Below, in pieces: positions 58,701 through 64,000 of a DNA stretch of 64,000 nt. The notes below the pieces were generated by a model. It ran no database searches. It was not told the origin of the DNA and was given only the letters and a program-made list of their open reading frames with translations. Every line of letters starts with the position of its first letter. The first letter of the stretch is position 1. Both the position numbers and the translations under genes were made by a program. The stretch is taken from assembly GCF_022045235.1 (NCBI RefSeq), contig NW_027266330.1:15624001-15688000 (forward strand), in the 5' to 3' direction. The DNA comes from Haliotis cracherodii (lineage: Eukaryota).

Positions 58701-61700
58701 CCCGAGAATAGGTTTATTTGCCAAACAGTCTGGTCTGTATATTTATTAAATAATTTGAACATAATTTTAGATACATTTTGAATGTTATTGTTTCGTAACA
58801 TCGAGAATATTGTGACCTGATAAAACTGTCTTGCTGGCGACTGTTTTTGTTTATTTACACCTGCGTAATTTACCGGATCGTATTTATCAGTGACATCCGT
58901 AGATGATTTTGTAACTTTGATTTTTGATAATAGTTATACAATTGTAACATAAAATAACATAAATATACTGATTTTTGGAAATAAAATAGATCTAAATTAT
59001 AATACCTTTGATATCGGATCGGTTGTGCTTCTTCTTCACGTGCCCCCGAAAACCTACAATTGTTTTGTAGGATTTGGAACACTCGGGACACTCGTAGACA
59101 GCCGTCGTATTTTCTTTTCCAATTGTTTTCTTTGATTGAAACCTTTTGGGAGATTTTACCAACGGTTTGGTACCGGTAACATCACTGTCATTCTCTTCAG
59201 ACCAAGAATCATCCGAAACCAACCCCTGGTCGTAGTCTGTGAATTCTCCAAGTAAAATATCGAGGTCCAAGTCGGAATCGTCCCAGTGAATGAAGTCGTC
59301 CATGGCTATGCCGAATGTTAATCGAAATAAATGTATCGGGCTTATAAAGACATGCATTTCCCGGAAGACACACATGTTTAGCAGTAATTTGCAGCCAATT
59401 GACATGTGCTAATGAGAGATAGATAAAGATTATTGTAATCTGTTTAGGGTCGTCGTTTTATTGGATTGTCGCTGGTCGCAGTTGGAGAAATCTCGACTAA
59501 GGGAATTTACTCTAGCCCCGGATATTATGTAATATTGTTTACGTGGTTACCAGACTGGTCAGTCGTGAATATCTGCGCATCTGTTGCGCACGTGCTGCGG
59601 TTCCGGGAAGTTAACAGCGGGGGTCGGGGTGTATCAGTTACATGCCAGACCGTAGCACTGATGGTTAGTGATAAACTGTTGGGGAGGGCCGTCCCTCTAT
59701 TATATGGTCTCTGCATAGACACATAATGTCAGACGTTAAAAGATGGTATTTGTTGTTATCCTGCCTGGCGCTCTGTATTAAGGGGCTAAAGCACAGACTG
59801 GTAGGTTCAGTTCAGAGTCAGTATACTTTGTCTTAGTGGGTATTCATGTTAAACTGCGGCATGGTATCTCAGTGGGCTACAATATAAAATCGGCATTAGT
59901 CCAGACTAATACCAGCAGCCACACACACATGCGCGCACGCACACACACTCACACACACACATGCACATTGCTATAAAAGTGCAATAATCTTGAACGCAAT
60001 GCTAAACCCCATTTCACCTCACCTCACTGACTTTCGGAGTTTGTCAGAGGAAGGAAGGAGTTACAAGATGTCCACTTTGGTTTGTGTAGGATCTGATGGA
60101 GCAGATGGAGTGTATGCAGATGAAGGACTCGACCTTGACCTCGACCTTGAAGTGTATGCAGGAAGAGCAGACTAAGTTTGCAAATGACAATAAGGTAAAT
60201 GCTCCTCAGCAGGATCCATGTTTGAAATTAGACATCTTTCGTGTGTATAATTGTCTCTCAGCCTTGTCCATGCACGTCTCTAGAGAGTCTTATAATCTTG
60301 AAAGGGATGCTCAACCACATTTCAGGGCAGTGGGGTAGCCATGTGGTTAAAGCGTTCGCTTGTTACGCCGAAGGCCCAGGTTCGATTCCCCATATCGATA
60401 CAATGTGTGAAGCCCATTTCCAGTGTCCTTGGTATTGATATTGATAATGCTAAAAGCGGCATAATACCACACTCACTCACTCACTCACTCATCTGTTTCT
60501 GTGTGTATTCAGGATCTAGCAGGACAGGTGGCCCGACTGACCGAGGAACGCGATGACCTAGTTCGTCAGATCGAAAACCTGAGCAGTGCAGACCAGCAGA
60601 GACAGCAACAGGCAGAGAAAAATGACATGGAGGTGAGAAACAGACATGTTTTATAGAGTGACAAAGTGTATCGTTACAGCTCTATGTATGAGCTGGGAGG
60701 TTGAGAAACAGACATGTTTTATAGAGTGACAAAGTGTATCATTACAGCTCTATGTATGAACTGGGAGGGTGAGAAACAGACATGTTTTATAGAGTGACAA
60801 AGTGTATCGTTACAGCTCTATGTATGAGCTGGGAGGGTGAGAAACAGACATGTTTTATAGAGTGACAAAGTGTATCGTTACAGCTCTATGTATGAGCTGG
60901 GAGGGTGAGAAACAGACATGTTTTATAGAGTGACAAAGTGTATCGTTACAGCTCTATGTATGAGCTGGGAGTGTTAGAAACAGACATGTTTTATACAGTG
61001 ACAAAGTGTATCGTTACAGCTCTATGAATGAGCTGGGAGGGTGAGAAACAGACATGTTTTATAGAGTGACAAAGTGTATCGTTACAGCTCTATGTATGAG
61101 CTGGGAGGGTGAGAAACAGACATGTTTTATACAGTGACAAAGTGTATCGTTACAGCTCTATATATGAACTGGGAGGGTGAGAAACAGACATGTTTTATAG
61201 AGTGACAAAGTGTATCGTTACAGCTCTATGAATGAGCTGGGAGGTTGAGAAACAAACATGTTTTATAGAGTGACAAAGTGTATCGTTACAGCTCTATGTA
61301 TGAGCTGGGAGGGTGAGAAACAGACATGTTTTATAGAGTGACAAAGTGTATCGTTACAGCTCTATGTATGAGCTGGGAGTGTTAGAAACAGACATGTTTT
61401 ATAGAGTGACAAAGTGTATCGTTACAGCTCTATGTATGAGCTGGGAGGGTGAGAAACAGACATGTTTTATAGAGTGACAAAGTGTATCGTTACAGCTCTA
61501 TGTATGAACTGGGAGGGTGAGAAACAGACATGTTTTATAGAGTGACAAAGTGTATCGTTACAGCTCTATGAATGAGCTGGGAGGGTGAGAAACAAACATG
61601 TTTTATACAGTGACAAAGTGTATCGTTACAGCTCTATGTATGAGCTGGGAGGTTGAGAAACAAACATGTTTTATACAGTGACAAAGTGTATCGTTACAGC

Positions 61701-64000
61701 TCTATGTATGAACTGGGAGGTTGAGAAACAGACATGTTTTATAGAGTGACAAAGTGTATCGTTACAGCTCTATGTATGAGCTGGGAGTGTTAGAAACAGA
61801 CATGTTTTATAGAGTGACAAAGTGTATCGTTACAGCTCTATGTATGAGCTGGAAGGGTGAGAAACAGACATGTTTTATAGAGTGACAAAGTGTATCGTTA
61901 CAGCTCTATGTATGAGCTGGGAGTGTTAGAAACAGACATGTTTTATAGAGTGACAAAGTGTATCGTTACAGCTCTATGTATGAGCTGGGAGTGTTAGAAA
62001 CAGATATGTTTTATAGAGTGACAAAGTGTTTCGTTACAGCTCTATGTATGAGCTGGGAGGGTGAGAAACAGACATGTTTTATACAGTGACAAAGTGTATC
62101 GTTACAGCTCTATGTATGAGCTGGGAGGGTGAGAAACAGACATGTTTTATAGAGTGACAAAGTGTATCGTTACAGCTCTATGAATGAGCTGGGAGGGTGA
62201 AAAAACACACTTAGTATAATACAATGACAAAGTGTATCGTTACAGCTCTATGTATGAGCTGGGAGGGTGAAAAAACGCACATAGTATAATACAATGACAA
62301 AGTGTATCGTTACAGCTCTATGTATGAGCTGGGAGGGTGAAAAAACACACATAGTATAATACAATGACAAAGTGTATCGTTACAGCTCTATGTATGAGCT
62401 GGGAGGGTGAAAAAACGCACATAGTATAATACAATGACAAAGTGTATCGTTACAGCTCTATGTATGAGCTGGGAGGGTGAAAAAACACACATAGTATAAT
62501 ACAATGACAAAGTGTATCGTTACAGCTCTATGTATGAGCTGGGAGGGTGAAAAAACGCACATAGTATAATACAATGACAAAATGTATCGTTACAGCTCTA
62601 TGTATGAGCTAGGAGGGTGAAAAAACGCACATAGTATAATACAATGACAAAGTGTATCCTTACAGCTCTATGTATGAGCAGGGAGGGTGAAAAAACACAC
62701 ATAGTATAATACAATGACAAAGTGTATCGTTACAGCTCTATGTATGAGCTGGGAGGGTGAAAAAACGCACATAGTATAATACAATGACAAAGTGTATCGT
62801 TACAGCTCTATGTATGAGCTGGGAGGGTGAAAAAACACACATAGTATAATACAATGACAAAGTGTATCGTTACAGCTCTATGTATGAGCTGGGAGGGTGA
62901 AAAAACACACATAGTATAATACAATGACAAAGTGTATCGTTACAGCTCTATGTATGAGCTGGGAGGGTGAAAAAACACACATAGTATAATACAATGACAA
63001 AGTGTATCGTTACAGCTCTATGTATGAGCTGGGAGGGTGAAAAAATGCACATAGTATAATACAATGACAAAGTGTATCGTTACAGTCACTGTTTATAATT
63101 GTTTCAGAAACTGATCCAGCTGAATGAGCTGAAGGAGGAACTCTCCAACCTCCAGAAGGCTAATGACAAGTTTGAGGAGGAGAGGCTGTGTTGGGAGAAG
63201 GAAAGGGCGGAGTTGATGCAGAATCTGAATCAGCAGGAGGCTGAGGAGACAGGGAAGTCTGAGCTGACACAGAAGCTGCAGCAGCAACTCGAGGCAGCTG
63301 AGGGGGATGTGGAGCAGCTCAGGAGAGATATTGCTGGGAAAGATGAAGAAATCACAGCCATCAGTAAATCCCTGGAAGAAAAGGATGCTGAAATTGAGCA
63401 AATGAAGACAGAGTTTAGGGAACATATGGATGCAAACGACAAAACTAAAGGGGTTGAGCAGGAGAAGGATGGTAGGATTGAGGAACTTGGTCAACAGATT
63501 GAGTCTCAAAAGTCTGAAATTGAAAACTATAAAACCAGGTTAGAAGCTTCTGAGGGCGAAGTGGCGAGTCTGTCCGAGAAGTTGAAAGAAAGTAATTCTA
63601 GGTGTGAGGATTTTGAAAATGAAAAAGTGAAATTAAATGAAGAAGCTCAAAAGTTGAATTCCAGGATATCAGAACTGGAAGAGGGAGATAAAGAATATGA
63701 ACAGGCTGTTGAGAAATTGAGAACCAGATGTAGTGAGTTGGAGGGCGATGTTGCATCCAGTTCAGGAGATGCCCAGAAAGCTGTTGATGAGCAAGTTGTC
63801 CACTTGGAGGAGAAGGTTCAGACTCTGTTGGAGCAGAAGGAGAAACTGTGTGTGAAACTGGCTCAGGCGAACGAGACCAAGGACACGCTGAACTTTGAGG
63901 TTCAAGAGTTGAGGGCAGAGGTGGAGTCTGGGAACGCTGATCCAGACACCCAGAAGGGCCAGATTCAGGAGTGGGAGAGTCTGATGGAGATGTTGAAGAA
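41670..64000 (+). CDS. GCC2: GRIP and coiled-coil domain protein 2 (GCC185 golgin), 5' part; coding exons 41670-41675, 42806-42865, 44163-44247, 44838-44923, 47479-47583, 49067-49150, 60090-60194, 60513-60632, 63108->64000
   Basis: All exons are GT-AG bounded and join in frame; exon 3 gives LDTLSREDLVKFVKKQMVMFQKTKAKVE, matching the GCC2 N-terminus (LETLPKEDLIKFAKKQMMLIQKAK); downstream exons are heptad-rich coiled coil. The 6-nt first exon is the least certain. Confidence 0.85.
42005..42463. mobile_element. hAT-like MITE
   Basis: GGGCTGGGACG...CGTCCCAGCCC TIRs, 8-bp TSD TCACAGTT; related copy at 47606-48012. Confidence 0.7.
42702..42803. repeat. 27-bp tandem repeat abutting the GCC2 exon 2 acceptor
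   Basis: ttatctctataactctgttgtgtg-type unit, ~4 copies. Confidence 0.8.
43125..43680. repeat. 50-bp tandem repeat (~11 copies)
   Basis: agttatttga recurs at 43331, 43381, 43431. Confidence 0.9.
44323..44605 (+). mobile_element. SINE family B inserted in a (GAT)n tract
   Basis: Family B body; flanking direct repeat tcattgatgatga; (GAT)n follows. Confidence 0.8.
44931..45625 (+). mobile_element. Two family C tRNA-derived SINEs (44931-45140, 45345-45625)
   Basis: ggtggcccagtcgtctaaggc head, gggttcgaatccc B box, (ACTC)n tail. Confidence 0.8.
46080..46335 (+). mobile_element. SINE-like repeat, family A
   Basis: Homology to family A, (CAAA)n tail. Confidence 0.75.
46369..46714. mobile_element. 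Tc1/pogo-type MITE
   Basis: CCGTATTC.ACGTAATAAGCGCCC ... GGGCGCTTATTACGT.GAATACGG followed by TA. Confidence 0.65.
47606..48012. mobile_element. hAT-like MITE (second copy)
   Basis: TAGAGCTGGGA...TCCCAGCCCTA; internal similarity to 42005-42463. Confidence 0.65.
49214..50848. repeat. 86-bp satellite array (~19 copies), each with a CTCF-like motif
   Basis: Identical ORF starts 602 bp apart (7x86); each unit contains GCACCAGGTGGCGCC. Confidence 0.93.
50850..51110 (+). mobile_element. SINE family D
   Basis: Homologous to 19010-19347. Confidence 0.7.
52746..52905 (+). mobile_element. SINE family B nested in the P element 5' intron
   Basis: Family B sequence within a (TC)n tract. Confidence 0.8.
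52981..56030 (+). CDS. P-element-type transposase (exons 52981-53114 and 53453-56030; ~903 aa)
   Basis: LPSKRTL, LQDEVKV, ITCDGASSN, SDVPHLIKTTRN, MKVNLAAQIFS, FFDCLN, RFNQDPLEEQFG (D-D-E); in-frame GT-AG intron; probable 5' UTR exon ending at 51690. Confidence 0.9.
56518..59303 (-). CDS. Second P-element gene (exons 59303-59006 and 57608-56518; ~462 aa): acidic N-terminus, C2H2 zinc finger, P-transposase C-terminal-like domain
   Basis: YECPECSKSYKTIVGFRGHVKKKH; phase-1 GT-AG intron joins the exons in frame; LYYISGYIV...KINRGGLTLPSD motif. Confidence 0.75.
58506..58540. mobile_element. 35-bp P-element TIR-TIR remnant inside the intron of the second gene
   Basis: CAGAGACCATATAA-cagattaa-TATATGGTCTCTG; flanks ctattag/ctataat. 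Confidence 0.6.
59730..60025 (+). mobile_element. 5'-truncated SINE family D
   Basis: agacgttaaaagatggtatttgttg...; homologous to 19010-19347. Confidence 0.7.
60325..60490 (+). mobile_element. SINE family B
   Basis: Family B body with (ACTC)n tail. Confidence 0.8.
60633..63085. repeat. 68-bp satellite (~36 copies, two sequence subtypes) filling GCC2 intron 8
   Basis: Unit gtgagaaacagacatgttttatagagtgacaaagtgtatcgttacagctctatgtatgagctgggagg; switches to a gtgaaaaaacacacatagtataatacaatgac variant near 62200. Confidence 0.95.

Larger units (their letters stand above)
51547..59713 (+). mobile_element. 8.2-kb P-superfamily DNA transposon with two convergent genes
   Basis: 30-bp TIRs CAGAG(T/A)CCATATAATAGAGGGACGGCCCTC; perfect 7-bp TSD CATAGAC (51540-51546, 59714-59720). 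Confidence 0.92.

Noticed and set aside
63093-63509. Minus-strand Leu-rich ORF
   Set aside because: Antisense shadow of the large GCC2 coiled-coil exon.

Overview
Repeat-rich animal genomic DNA, probably a mollusc (gastropod-like; inferred from the SINE content, not proven). Positions 1-29 kb are intergenic: tRNA-derived SINEs, LINE fragments, a degenerate Tc1 element, an internally deleted LTR retrotransposon and satellites. From ~41.7 kb to the window end lies the 5' part of a host GCC2 (GCC185 golgin) gene with 9 traceable coding exons. Its introns hold satellites and an apparently intact 8.2-kb P-superfamily transposon that carries two convergent genes. The standout feature is an 11.9-kb Polinton/Maverick-like element (29014-40915) with ~540-bp terminal inverted repeats (AGTAGT...ACTACT) and an intact protein-primed PolB. 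It has no recognisable integrase, packaging ATPase, maturation protease or capsid genes. Its cargo is instead two single-BIR IAPs, a spliced E1A-like LxCxD/Zn-finger protein, a 4x CCHC zinc-knuckle protein and a small Cys-rich Zn protein. Four of these five cargo genes sit behind copies of one multi-CCAAT promoter cassette. Three intronless genes end in a canonical replication-dependent histone mRNA 3' stem-loop (GGCCCTTTTCAGGGCC-ACCCA plus a purine-rich downstream element), and two of these loops are built into the inner edge of the TIRs. This suggests a capsid-less, self-replicating element that mimics histone genes for S-phase-coupled expression. I cannot confirm novelty without database searches.
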